64,000 nt of DNA from a virus. A program made the translations under genes and the position numbers. Below the pieces are notes generated by a model. That model ran no database searches and was not told the origin of the DNA. It saw only the letters and a program-made list of their open reading frames with translations. How positions within the stretch are numbered: the first letter of the stretch is position 1; each line of letters opens with the position of its first letter. Shown here piece after piece: positions 20,960 to 32,096 of the stretch. The stretch lies in IMG/VR virus record IMGVR_UViG_3300009130_000005, positions 32,001 to 96,000 of that record; one strand, written 5' to 3'.

Positions 20960-21601
20960 ATGAAAAAGTTGTGGATAGTAATACTGGCTGTGTTGTGTAC
21001 AAATTTGTACGCACAAAAAAATAATAACAAACCCAAGGACGAAGAACCTGATCAATTACCTACGCAAACTGAAGAACCTACTAAAGAAGAACCTTCGGTT
21101 GATGATAACACAAAACCATCATTACCACCAATTGATTTTGTAGATGAGGTTGAAAACAGTGGAGGTCCTGAAGTTATTGAAGAACTTGAGAAGGTTAAAA
21201 AAGAGAAAGATGATTTGGCAAAGATCATTGTTGATAAAGAGGAAAACGAAGGCAAGTTACTTAAGAGAATAGAAGAACTTCGTGTTTCAAAGGAATCACT
21301 TGAAAAAAACCTTGAAGCTGCAAGTGATTTGATTGACGAACTCAACAAAGAAAAAAAGCAATTGAAATCAAACATCTCGGATTTACAAACAGAACTTGAT
21401 AAACCTGTTGGTTCTTTATTTGATGGTTGGGTTTACTTACCCAAGTCTGGTTGGATTTATACTTCACCTAAAATTTATCCGTATGCGTTTTCTCAAAATG
21501 ACGGATGGTTAAAATACGAACTTGGTACAGACCCAAGACGAGTATTTTATTTTAAGGAAGATGCTTGGAAAGTTTTGAATAAAAAGAAAAACAAATTATA
21601 G
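20960..21601 (+). CDS. Secreted coiled-coil protein with Trp/Tyr-rich C-terminal domain
   Basis: Signal peptide, heptads, GWVYLPKSGWIY...YPY...GWL. Confidence 0.6.
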   Translation: MKKLWIVILAVLCTNLYAQKNNNKPKDEEPDQLPTQTEEPTKEEPSVDDNTKPSLPPIDFVDEVENSGGPEVIEELEKVKKEKDDLAKIIVDKEENEGKLLKRIEELRVSKESLEKNLEAASDLIDELNKEKKQLKSNISDLQTELDKPVGSLFDGWVYLPKSGWIYTSPKIYPYAFSQNDGWLKYELGTDPRRVFYFKEDAWKVLNKKKNKL

Positions 21602-21640
21602 AGACAAGACAAGACGGGGATAGAAGAAAATAATTAGCAA

Positions 21641-22252
21641 ATGATAGATCATCAGTATAAATGCATTTTTATTCATATTAACAAATGCGGAGGAACAACC
21701 TTAGATAGATTATTTAAGGCAAACGCTCGTGGACACAAATCCATTCTATCATACCAAAAGGCTTACCCAAAAAAATTTGACTCTTATTTTAAATTTTCTT
21801 TTACGAGAAATCCATGGGACAAAATGGTGTCGTTTTACCATTACCATGTCAGAAGAGGGTGGCCTTTTAACTGGGATTGGAATAAGAATAACGCCCCTAA
21901 CTTTGAAGATTTCATTAAAATAATTCACACTTATTCAGAAGAAAAAGAAAAAAAGATATGGCCGAAGAAACAGATTCGAAAGCATAAGACAACAACTATG
22001 CGCATGAGTAATCATTTAGATTGGCTGTGTAGTGATAGTGGAGAGATATTAGTTGACTTTATAGGCAAATTAGAGAATTTTCAATCAGATTTCGATCAAG
22101 TCTGCGACAAAATAGGAATGCCAAGGCGAAATCTACCGCACAAAAACAAAAGCAAACACAAGCATTATAGAACTTACTACAACGATGAAACGATTCAAAT
22201 CGTTGCAGAACGATTCTCAAAAGATATTGATTATTTTGGATATCAATTTTAA
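21641..22252 (+). CDS. Sulfotransferase family 2 protein
   Basis: FIHINKCGGTT, FSFTRNPWDKMVS, DFIGKLEN, D...FGY. Confidence 0.82.
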   Translation: MIDHQYKCIFIHINKCGGTTLDRLFKANARGHKSILSYQKAYPKKFDSYFKFSFTRNPWDKMVSFYHYHVRRGWPFNWDWNKNNAPNFEDFIKIIHTYSEEKEKKIWPKKQIRKHKTTTMRMSNHLDWLCSDSGEILVDFIGKLENFQSDFDQVCDKIGMPRRNLPHKNKSKHKHYRTYYNDETIQIVAERFSKDIDYFGYQF

Positions 22253-22274
22253 TTTTAAATTAAACCTATGAAAG

Positions 22275-22301
22275 AACCGCTGTGATTACGGCGGTTTTTT
22301 T
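22275..22301 (+). terminator. Rho-independent terminator
   Basis: AACCGCTGT-GATT-ACGGCGGTTTTTTT. Confidence 0.75.
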
Positions 22302-22315
22302 GTGTAATACATTAT

Positions 22316-22567
22316 ATGTTAAGGTTTTTGCCTGTTTTATTGCTCCTTGGCTGCGTTTCTACGCGTGGCCCACAGCCTTCTGATACCGAATTTAAAGAAG
22401 AAGACAGAAACTGGAAACAAGTGTATGTAGAAGAAATGGAAATTGCCAACGAAAACAACGACACAGAGGCTTATTATTTTTTTCTACAAGAGATTGTCAA
22501 AGAAGAATATAAATTAAAATTCGGAAAAGATCTACCCCCCAATCCTGTTATAAAAATATTAAATTAA
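22316..22567 (+). CDS. Putative lipoprotein
   Basis: LLLLGC lipobox. Confidence 0.55.
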   Translation: MLRFLPVLLLLGCVSTRGPQPSDTEFKEEDRNWKQVYVEEMEIANENNDTEAYYFFLQEIVKEEYKLKFGKDLPPNPVIKILN

Positions 22568-22571
22568 AGCG

Positions 22572-22997
22572 ATGAAAACTGGAATTACCTTCTCAACTTT
22601 CGACTTGCTTCATGCGGGCCATGTAATGATGCTGCAAGAAGCTAAAAGCGTATGCGATTATTTAATTTGCGGCTTACATGTTGACCCGAAAATAGAAAGA
22701 CCTCAAAAAAATTCTCCGACACAATCTCTCCCAGAAAGATATATGCAGCTTTCTTCAGTAAAATATGTTGACGAGATTATACCCTATCAATACGAACAAG
22801 ACCTTTGGGATATTTTAAAAGCATACCAAATAGATATTAGAATAGCTGGAGCAGACCATAAGGGTACAGAATTTAGCGGTTTAGATATTTGCAGGAATTT
22901 AGGAATAGAAGTTTACTATAATCACAGAGACCACGATTTCTCAAGCACAGAACTAAGAAAAAGAATAGCTCAAGCAGAAAAAGAAAAAGATGTTTGA
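22572..22997 (+). CDS. Glycerol-3-phosphate cytidylyltransferase-like (TagD family)
   Basis: FDLLHAGH HIGH motif, YVDEI, FSSTELR. Confidence 0.85.
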   Translation: MKTGITFSTFDLLHAGHVMMLQEAKSVCDYLICGLHVDPKIERPQKNSPTQSLPERYMQLSSVKYVDEIIPYQYEQDLWDILKAYQIDIRIAGADHKGTEFSGLDICRNLGIEVYYNHRDHDFSSTELRKRIAQAEKEKDV

Positions 22998-23690
22998 CAT
23001 TTAAAGGCTAAAATGATAAAATGCCTTTATGTTAAACTTAAAGTACTTAATTGTGGTAATGATAGCTTTTTTATTGGGAACGCAATCAAATTTCAATAAA
23101 CCTATTGCAAAACAAAAGCAAGAACCAAAGATTCTTGAATCAAACAAGCTCAAGGTTTTAGTTACTCATACGGAAGGTTCATACCTCATGGAAATCAATA
23201 GTGTTCCCAAACCGTTTGACGTTGATGGTAGTTACCCTTATGTATTATGGGTTAACGGGAAAAGGTTTAAATTGCCAATGAAAGACCTCAAGGAAATGAT
23301 TGCGAAAATTGGAGAAGAAAATATACCACCTATAGATAATAATGATATACACAAAGGCTGGATGAGATCCTTTTTTGCTGTAGATAACGCAGATTTTCTT
23401 GAATCTAAGGAAAAAATGGCAAGGCAGTGAAAGATAATGAACATTACAAAAAAATTAAAACATATTAATTTTGAATGGAGTGAGTCAGAAAAAACTTTTA
23501 CAATTACAGAAGAAGATGGCAACAGAGTAATCTTAAATAAAGTTTACGCTTTTGCTTTTATGCGGTTTGTGGTTCGTATGGCTCAGAGAAACTGGCTCAG
23601 AACAGGAATGCAGAAAAATAACGATAGCGACACAAGTATAAAAGATGAACTTTTAGAAAATCCAAAGCAAATTGAGTTTAACTACGAATA

Positions 23691-24461
23691 ATGTCTTACA
23701 AACTAACAAGGTACCATAATCGCTTGGGCAACAATATAAGGCAGGTAATTAATGCTTGCACGGCTGCACACAAAGACGGGGCTCATGGGGTAATAATACC
23801 TCGACACAGATGTTTTAAAAAAACATTCATACCAATACATAACAATAATTCCGAAAAAAGAAAAAGAAAAACATGGTTCCATACACCCAAACAAAGAAAA
23901 TGCATGGACCACGAGATGACATCACCGAAGAAAATAGTCGACTTATACCTTCAAGACTTTCTCTGGACTTCTCCAGAATATAACAATACAAAAGATTTAG
24001 TTTTGCACGTAAGAAGCGGTGATATTTTTCGAGGGAAAGGCGCGAGCAGGCATTACCTTCAACCGCCTTATTCTTTTTATGTTAAATGCATAGAGTCTTC
24101 GGAAAAAAATCACATACTTTTAGTTACGGAAAAAGATAGAAGAAATCCAATTATCAATCAGCTTGAGAAAGACTTTTCAAATAACATATCAATACAAACC
24201 TCTAGCCTAAAAGAGGATGTTAAAGCAATTCTGCAGGCAGAAGAGCTTGTGCTAGCAAAATCCAGCTTTTCTAGACAGTTAAGTTTATTCTGCCCCTTCT
24301 TAAAGAAGGTTCATTCTCCATTTTGGCCGTATTCAGTAGGCGGTATAGATTCAATTAACTATAAGTTTCCTAATTATAAAACAGAACCTTGGAAAAATTC
24401 CAAGGAACAGCGCGAAAAAATAATGAGTTACAAAAAAGAGAACATAAAGTTATTCACTTAG
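23691..24461 (+). CDS. GT11 (alpha-1,2-fucosyltransferase)-like glycosyltransferase
   Basis: RLGN, LHVRSGD and SSFS motifs. Confidence 0.5.
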   Translation: MSYKLTRYHNRLGNNIRQVINACTAAHKDGAHGVIIPRHRCFKKTFIPIHNNNSEKRKRKTWFHTPKQRKCMDHEMTSPKKIVDLYLQDFLWTSPEYNNTKDLVLHVRSGDIFRGKGASRHYLQPPYSFYVKCIESSEKNHILLVTEKDRRNPIINQLEKDFSNNISIQTSSLKEDVKAILQAEELVLAKSSFSRQLSLFCPFLKKVHSPFWPYSVGGIDSINYKFPNYKTEPWKNSKEQREKIMSYKKENIKLFT

Positions 24462-24624
24462 CTAAATATTTACCCATATTTTCTGAAAAAAAGTAAACTT
24501 GTTGCATTAATTCTTCTCGCTTCTTACCTTTTTCTTTCTTTGCCTTTTCGTATAAATTCAACACAAAGTCTGCATCTATCTTATATTTAATCTTAACTTC
24601 TTTTGTTTGTTTTTTGTCTTTCAT
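24454..24624 (-). CDS. Small hypothetical protein (56 aa, not in ORF track)
   Basis: MKDKKQTKEVKIKY...GKYLAK*, preceded by a GTGTA motif on the minus strand. Confidence 0.5.
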   Translation of the reverse strand: MKDKKQTKEVKIKYKIDADFVLNLYEKAKKEKGKKREELMQQVYFFSENMGKYLAK

Positions 24625-24709
24625 AAATAATATTACACCTTAAAATTTCTAATTTAAAGATTGTCCGTGTATAATTAATTACAAGACAAAAACCCTTAAT
24701 TATAAGAAT

Positions 24710-25096
24710 ATGCCTATAAATACAAACCCAACTGGATTATTTCCTAAAGCTCAGCTCGGAAGTGATTCACCGTATACTTACCTTGCTGACGGCGATAACA
24801 TTACGTCCACGGGGGGAGGAGTTTACATTCCTTTAGTCGATCTCGATGACTATATTCCCTCAGCAGATGTACTTGACGAGAATCATGGTGATGCAGACTA
24901 CAGATATCTTTTATTAGCTCTAAATGAGGCTGTAATGGACCATCACGGAAGCTTGTCTGCATTAGACAAACCTAAAAATGCCACTCTTACGGAAGGAAAT
25001 TTGCAAACTTCGAAAGATGGTAAAACTACGAAAGTATTCACTCAAAAATTCTTCTATGATACTTCGGACTTAAGGCTGAAGCCAGGCGACGAATAA
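24710..25096 (+). CDS. Hypothetical protein, paralog of 9997..10347
   Basis: Shared NPTG.F, IPL.D and ADYR.LL motifs. Confidence 0.55.
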   Translation: MPINTNPTGLFPKAQLGSDSPYTYLADGDNITSTGGGVYIPLVDLDDYIPSADVLDENHGDADYRYLLLALNEAVMDHHGSLSALDKPKNATLTEGNLQTSKDGKTTKVFTQKFFYDTSDLRLKPGDE

Positions 25097-25116
25097 GTAA
25101 ACTTTTAATTTAACCA

Positions 25117-25147
25117 AAAAAAGCCCAAGATTTTCTTGGGCTTTTTT
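25117..25147. terminator. Rho-independent terminator, possibly bidirectional
   Basis: AAAAAAGCCCAAGA-TTT-TCTTGGGCTTTTTT. Confidence 0.75.
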
Positions 25148-25898
25148 ATTGACTTTTTTGCTAATCAATGCTATCATTTACCCATGAAATTAAATGCAAA
25201 ACAAAAAAAAGTCTTACTTAAGTGCGCAGAAGAACTTAACGAACTATCAACAGTTTTGCTACAGGAAGTTAATAAAAGAAAATGCAAATACAATGATATT
25301 GTCTCAGAAATGCGAGATGTAGAAGCAAGAATTATGGATTTAAGAGACATGCTTATGCCTGACAAAAATTACCCTAACTACAACACCAAGAGTTTAAAGC
25401 TTGGAGATGCAAAAAAATTTCCTTTTTAACTATAATGTATAAAACCTTTTTTCCCACCAAGGCTTTTTTGTAGACTGCTTGTCTAAATATTCCAATATTT
25501 GTGTTTTTAGGACTTGACCTTCTACTGAATTTTTGATATAGTTATCCAATGATTGATTCTTTAATTTGGCCATTCCGCTCCAGTCTTCAAACTGAGCCTC
25601 AGTTAGCCTTAAATATATTTCTTTAAATTTAATTTTATCATCAGGGTCCATATCATAAATATATACACAATGAAAGACGAAAAAGACAGATTATATGAGT
25701 TCAGAGTATGCTACAATGAAGGAGCATATCACTCAGCGGTAAACAGTTATCACTATTATCAAGCCTATAACGCTTATGATGCATTACATTTTCATTGCAA
25801 AATGATGGAAAGGCGAAATATTGACTGTCAAATAATTTCAGTTGAAAGAAAATGTCCTTGGAGAAACAACTGGGTAGACGAAAGTGCAGTTATCCACA

Positions 25899-26450
25899 AT
25901 GAGCATTAAAATTATAGAGGGTAATCTTTTAGATTTCCCGCCATATTGCAAAATTGACCCTAATAAATATTTAGGAATAAATAATATTGCTCATTCTTGT
26001 AATACTAGGAATATTATGGGAGGAGGAATTGCTTTGCAAATAAAGAACAGGTATCCCCAAGCGTATGAAGCGGATACCGAGGCTTACAATAAAGAGTACG
26101 ACAAAAATGGTCAGTACATTAATTGGTTAGGTAAATATTCAAAAGTCGAGATTGAAAGCAAATTTCTTCCGAACAACAAAGGAAGAATTTACAATCTATA
26201 TACTCAAGCTAGTGTGGGAAGAGATAAAAGACAGGTCAGCTACGAAGTATTTTGGAGAGCATTAAAAAATATGCAAGAAGATTTGCTCTTTATTCAGCAT
26301 GAAACAGGAGAACCTCAAGTATTAGGTTTACCTTACGGAATTTCCTGTGGACTTGCAGGAGGTAGTTGGAAAATAATAAAAGCAATTATTGAAGATATTT
26401 TTATTGATTGTTTAGTAAAATGTTACATAGTTAAATTTGAATATGCATAA
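25899..26450 (+). CDS. Macrodomain protein (ADP-ribose binding/hydrolase)
   Basis: IIEGNL, AHSCN...MGGGIA, NLYTQ, GISCGLAGGSW. Confidence 0.82.
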   Translation: MSIKIIEGNLLDFPPYCKIDPNKYLGINNIAHSCNTRNIMGGGIALQIKNRYPQAYEADTEAYNKEYDKNGQYINWLGKYSKVEIESKFLPNNKGRIYNLYTQASVGRDKRQVSYEVFWRALKNMQEDLLFIQHETGEPQVLGLPYGISCGLAGGSWKIIKAIIEDIFIDCLVKCYIVKFEYA

Positions 26451-26451
26451 A

Positions 26452-26527
<76 letters not shown>

Positions 26528-26533
26528 TTTTAT

Positions 26534-26619
26534 GCGGATGTGGCGGAATCGGTAGACGCTACGGACTTAAAATCCGTTGCCCATAGGGCGTGTGGGTTCA
26601 ATTCCCACCATCCGTACCA
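26534..26619 (+). tRNA. tRNA-Leu(UAA)
   Basis: Cloverleaf with long variable arm, anticodon TAA, encoded CCA. Confidence 0.93.
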
Positions 26620-29600
26620 TTTTTTCTCATTGAAATATACGCCTTTAGTTCGCTTCGTTCTTTCTCGCTCATTTCAGAGAAAGCCTTCTTAGCTTGCAAA
26701 AAGGCAATTTTAACCCTTCTTCCGACTGGCGCATCAAAATTTGGATCACTCATATATTTCAATGTAAGATAATCAATAATATCATTATTCATAAAATAAT
26801 CCAAAACCCAACTTTTCAAGTATATAATTTTTTTGTTTTTCTCCCATGTTCCTTACTAAATAATGAACGTAATCCCTTATCCTCATTTCTCTTTTTTTAG
26901 GATCTCCATTCACAAAATACATAAACATCGAACGATTATATAGCTCATCGAAAAGATATTCTTTTATTTTGAGATTTAATGACTTTTTGTATATTTCCAT
27001 TTTTTCATTTTGTGTCATGGCTTCGTAAGTCTCAGAAGCCTCTGTGGTAGCTTTCATTTGATTAACAATAACAAAGCGACCATCCATAGCATTTAATTTT
27101 CTTTGATATATATATTCAAGTATCAAAGATCTTTCTTTGTAAGTAATTTTCATAAGCAATAGTTCTTTATAATTTATACACGCCAACAAACATAAACTGA
27201 CTTAAAAATCAAAAAAAACTTGACTTTGAACAGGAATTATGAGACAATATAAAAATAATGAACAAAACAAGATACACAGAATTTATTATTCTCACAGAAA
27301 TGTGGCAAGACGGAAAATATATAGAGGTTTCAGAAACTATTTTTGAAGAAGATTGGCCTCATGGAAAAGTTGCCAGATTTTGCGCATATATAGCTAAGCA
27401 CCTCGGGTTAAACGAGCTTAATATTTTTTCAAGAATGATATAAATATGAATTCATACATTAAAGAGTTAGCAATAAAACTAGACGTACTTAACGAAGAAA
27501 TTAAGGTAATTGAGTCACGAATCCAACCTCACGATTGCGGTCATCTCAAAACAGCGGTAAGCGTAATGAAGGAGAGAGCAAAGGAAATTAGAGAAGAGCT
27601 TTATAATTTTAATGAGTAAATATGATTCAGTATGGGAAACTCATGATTTTGTAATAAAAAAGCTTACGATCAATGAGGATAAATACAATAACCTTCTAGC
27701 AAACATGAATAGCTATGTCGTAATGTTTAAGAAGGGAGCAATAAAAAGAGAAGAAATCCTAAAAATACTAAAAGAAGGCAGGAAAGTATGTAGCGCATTA
27801 GATAGCCTATACAAGAAACATTTATTAAGTATTAGGGAAATCAGAGAATTAATTAAAGATGACGATGTTCCTAGAGAGCGAGTACCCACGGCAGAAGTGG
27901 TAGATGAACTAGAATCGAGCACTAGAGAGCTTATGACAACTATGGCTCAATCTAGAGAGCTTTTTGACATTATAGAAGAGGAGATTAATTATGGATGATA
28001 ACATTTGCCCAGTCACAGATAGAGAAGATGTAATAGATGATTGCTATATTACTATCGAGTTCGGCTACGGAAGCGATAAAGACATGATGACTTATAATTT
28101 TAATACTGTACATGATATCGTGGGAAAAAAGGTTCTAGAGGCGATACAATCGCTTATGCCAAAAGGTAGGTCTGTTGAAGATTTCGGCAGAAATACGATG
28201 GAAGAACTATTTAATGAAAACTGGTGGGAAGAACTTTCTAAAGAAGAAAGAGAAGACTACAGAAAAAGATGGGGGTTAAAATAATATGAGAGAAGATAAT
28301 ACGACAACAAGAACTTATTTATTAATTGACTATGGAAGACCCCATGCCCATGAATATACAGGCAAGAAGGTTAAAATGACAGAGCAAGAAGCTCATGACA
28401 GAAATTATGCTTTTGCGATAAACAGGGCAAATAAAAGATATATTAAAGATGTTGGGTAATTTTAACCCAAAAGCAATTCAAGAACTTGGCAACCTAAGAG
28501 CAGAGGTTGAAGTGAATGATCCTTTATTTAATTTTGCTAAAACGCATCTTAAAAAAACCTCTTTTAATACCGAACAAGAACTAATTGAATTTTTAAAAAA
28601 ATTACCAGACGATGAATGTGATAGGTTCATATCCATGCTCACCTCCGTACAGTGAGTACAGGAAAAAAGTGAAATCAAAGCTAGATAAAAAAGCTCCCAA
28701 ACTCCCAACAGATACCTGTATGTATATAAATTTCGTCCAAGAGGTATTACAGGATTTGTATGATGATACGGATTGCAAATTATTAGAAGGTAAAATAAAG
28801 TTAATGAATGAAACATTAGAGTATGTGAGAGGAGCCAACGAATCACTTAGGTCCAATGCTTCATTTTGGCGAAATAAGTATATAGACAAATATGAAAAAA
28901 AATCTTGACAAATATAATTTAAAGTGGTACTATTAAGGCATGTCAAACAAAAAAGGATATTCAACCATAGAAGGATGTATTAGACAGTCTTGCGATTTAC
29001 CATTAGATAAATGGAGAATAGAAACCCGAAAAGGTGGAGCTGAGATTTATGTTGAATGCGCAAATCGGTCTATTTTCATTGGAGAAGGTTATAGTCATCA
29101 AGAATATGGCGAAAGCATGGTTCTTGCAAGCGTTATTGAAAAAGCATTAAATGAATACGAAGAAGAGTACGAATGCCACGACAAAGGAACAAACTCTCAC
29201 TTTGATGGACATTGAGCAAAGAAGTCTTAAGTATGTTGAATTTCATATGTTTGAAACATTCAAACCTGTTTTTTTAGAACAAATGCAAGCTCACGGATTA
29301 TGGCATGATTCAGAAGGTTATCCTAGATACGAGAGCATTCTCGAAAATAACATAAGCTATCTTTTCCCACCTTTTGATCCAGATAGCGATGAGTATGATA
29401 CATATCAATTTGGAGAAAACGAAGATTAATACATGAAAGAAGAAATAGCAGAAAACGTTTATTTTAATAGAGGCTATGAAAAAGGATATTCAGAAGCACA
29501 GGAATATCTTTCAAAAAAGTTTGAAAAAATTTTAAGTAAAAACGCACATCAATCATACGAAAAAGGCTTTAGAGAGGGAGCAAATCAAAAAGACAATAAA

Positions 29601-29633
29601 CCATGCGTTTGCGGTTTTTGGGGAGATAAATAA

Positions 29634-29900
29634 ATGAAAATATCAATTACAACAAATAATAAAGTATTTACTGTTGAAGATGAACTTGGTTTTGACTGCA
29701 CAGGCATAAATGAAGCAGTAGAAATGTTCAAGGGTTTACTGGTGTGTGCAGGATTTCACCCCAGCAATGTTGACGATGCTTTTAATACAGAATATCAATG
29801 GTTTACCGAAGAGGAAAGAAATGACAATATGCAAGGTCATCTAAGTCACTCAAATAAAATAGTTAAAGATTGGCATGAAGATTGTCTGAATGGAAAATGA
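29634..29900 (+). CDS. Hypothetical protein, paralog of 34791..35045
   Basis: Shared FKGLLV.AG.HP.NVD..FNTEYQWF. Confidence 0.6.
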   Translation: MKISITTNNKVFTVEDELGFDCTGINEAVEMFKGLLVCAGFHPSNVDDAFNTEYQWFTEEERNDNMQGHLSHSNKIVKDWHEDCLNGK

Positions 29901-30193
29901 TTAATTGGATTAAAGTTGCAGATGAAATTCCCGAAGAAGGTGTAAGATTGCTTTACTTTTTTGAAGGCACAGGAGTATGGACAGGTTTTTACTATGGCAG
30001 AGACGAAGACTACCCCGATTCAAATGACCATATATTTGGTAGCAATGCAGGATTTTTGACAGGTGATGTGACTCATTATTGTTACATTAATTACCCCGAA
30101 GGTGAAGATGCAGAGTGGAGAGTTGACGCAGATAGAGAATTTTTTGAAGAAACTAAATTTCAAATCAACAAAATGAAAGAACCCATTGGCTAA
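29897..30193 (+). CDS. DUF551-like phage protein
   Basis: WIKVADEIP...VTHY pattern. Confidence 0.45.
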   Translation: MINWIKVADEIPEEGVRLLYFFEGTGVWTGFYYGRDEDYPDSNDHIFGSNAGFLTGDVTHYCYINYPEGEDAEWRVDADREFFEETKFQINKMKEPIG

Positions 30194-30640
30194 TCATGTT
30201 TGCAATATCGACACATTTTTAAAATATGTCGATAAAACTGAAAAATATGTACATATATGAAAACATTACATAATACTAAAAATTGCAATTACAGAAGATT
30301 CTTGCATAAAAAATTAAAGCACGGCAAAATAAGCGGTAAGTTTTATAAGTTTCTTTGCAGAAATTTTCCCTATCGAGTTACCGCAAGAGAGGTACAAATT
30401 TGTGTCACACAAGTTCTTAATGGTAAAATGACTGAAAATAAAGCTATTTCTACCCTGCAAGGAGCAAGTAATGAACTTAGACGGCAACAAGAGATGTACA
30501 AATCAAATGTAGAGTGCAGAAAGAAAACAGGATTGAAACAAATAAATAAATGAAACTGCTAAAATGGGTGTGGGAATCAATTTGCGTAATATTAATTCTT
30601 TTTTATTGCATTTGCGCGAGTTTTATGCTAATATTTAATA

Positions 30641-30949
30641 ATGAATAAATACGAAGTAGAAATACAAGAAAACAAAGAAGGTGAACTATACTTTCAAATT
30701 CCAGAAGAGTTACTTGATAAGTTGGGGTGGAAAGAAGGCGACGAACTGAAGTTTATTGAAAAAGGAAATAGCGCATTTCAAATAAAGAAAATGCGCTATG
30801 AGTCAATTGAACTTGATTTCACAGAAGAAGAGTTATACAAATATATGCTTGCAGCTCACGAAAACAAAATGAGCTTCGATGAGTGGGTAGAGATGGCTAT
30901 ATCATCATTCCTAAAGGCTTATGACTCAGATGAGTCAAATAATAAGTAA
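30641..30949 (+). CDS. AbrB/MazE-like DNA-binding protein
   Basis: QIPEELLDKLGWKEGDEL. Confidence 0.6.
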   Translation: MNKYEVEIQENKEGELYFQIPEELLDKLGWKEGDELKFIEKGNSAFQIKKMRYESIELDFTEEELYKYMLAAHENKMSFDEWVEMAISSFLKAYDSDESNNK

Positions 30950-31088
30950 GATTTTATATCACATAGGTGATTGTATTAGCCTATTACTTAAGTTAAATTT
31001 CTTTAGTTGGCTTTATCCAATTTACAATAAAATAATGTTATTAAGTTGTAGGCTTGACAAACACGGAAAAATATGGGAGAATAAATAA

Positions 31089-32096
31089 ATGATATTAGGA
31101 CTTACATGCATTAGCGAACACCTCAAAGACAAGGATAAGAAAAAATATTCTTTTCGTACTATGACCCGAAAGCGGTTTCATCAACTTGAGAGGCATGACG
31201 CAATCAATCAGTTATCAGAAAGAATTCTGCACAATGTAAGAACTACGAGATACATAATCAACCATTGTATATCTCATAACATACTTCATTACCGCTTAAG
31301 TTCTGCTCTATTTCCCTTAATCACTGACAGTCAAACAGATGTAAATCTCGACGACCTTGATCCCATTTGCTTAACTCAAATTAAAGAAGAGTTAGAATTT
31401 GCAGGCAAAATAGCATATAAACATAATTTATCTATTGGCTCTCATCCCGATCAGTTCAATGTTCTTGCCTCCACCAATGAAGATGCAGTAAACAGAACAA
31501 TTAACGAACTAAATTTTCAAGCAAGCGTTCTTGATATGCTAGGTCTTCCGCAAGACCATACCACCCCAATGAACATTCATATTAATTATACTCCAAAAAT
31601 GGATGAAGGCTACGGAATGGTTGCAGATAGATTTTACAAGAATCTTATGCGTTGCGATGCAGGAGTATTCAATCGACTAACTATCGAGAACGAAGATAAA
31701 GGCTTCTTCAATGTAGATAATTGCATTAATTTTAGCGAATATTTACTTGATACATATGATTTTAATTTGCCTGTATGCTACGATAACTTGCACGACTTCT
31801 GCAATCCATCAGAAGAGCGTAATCTTACATTTCAAGCAGAGCGTTGTGCATATACATGGGTAAGCACAAGACAGCCCACAGAAGCTCCTTATAATAACTT
31901 TATTTCTCCTGTCTTTCATTGGTCTGAAGGTAGACCCGATAAGCCAAGAGCTCATGCAGATTATTTTGCACTAGGCAACCTACCGCCTCATATAGCAATT
32001 GATCCCGATTATCCTGCAAAATGGGAATGTGAAGTTAAGGCTAAAGACAAAGCGATTTTCACACTAAGAGAATCTATTTTCGCAGAAATGACTTGA
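31089..32096 (+). CDS. uvsE: UV DNA damage endonuclease
   Basis: LGLTC, YRLSS.LFP, HPDQF, NIH, LTIENED, HAD, E.KAKD. Confidence 0.88.
   Translation: MILGLTCISEHLKDKDKKKYSFRTMTRKRFHQLERHDAINQLSERILHNVRTTRYIINHCISHNILHYRLSSALFPLITDSQTDVNLDDLDPICLTQIKEELEFAGKIAYKHNLSIGSHPDQFNVLASTNEDAVNRTINELNFQASVLDMLGLPQDHTTPMNIHINYTPKMDEGYGMVADRFYKNLMRCDAGVFNRLTIENEDKGFFNVDNCINFSEYLLDTYDFNLPVCYDNLHDFCNPSEERNLTFQAERCAYTWVSTRQPTEAPYNNFISPVFHWSEGRPDKPRAHADYFALGNLPPHIAIDPDYPAKWECEVKAKDKAIFTLRESIFAEMT

Noticed and set aside
30206-30234. Near-perfect palindrome TATCGACACATTTTTAAAATATGTCGATA
   Set aside because: Single copy in the window, with no further evidence of function.
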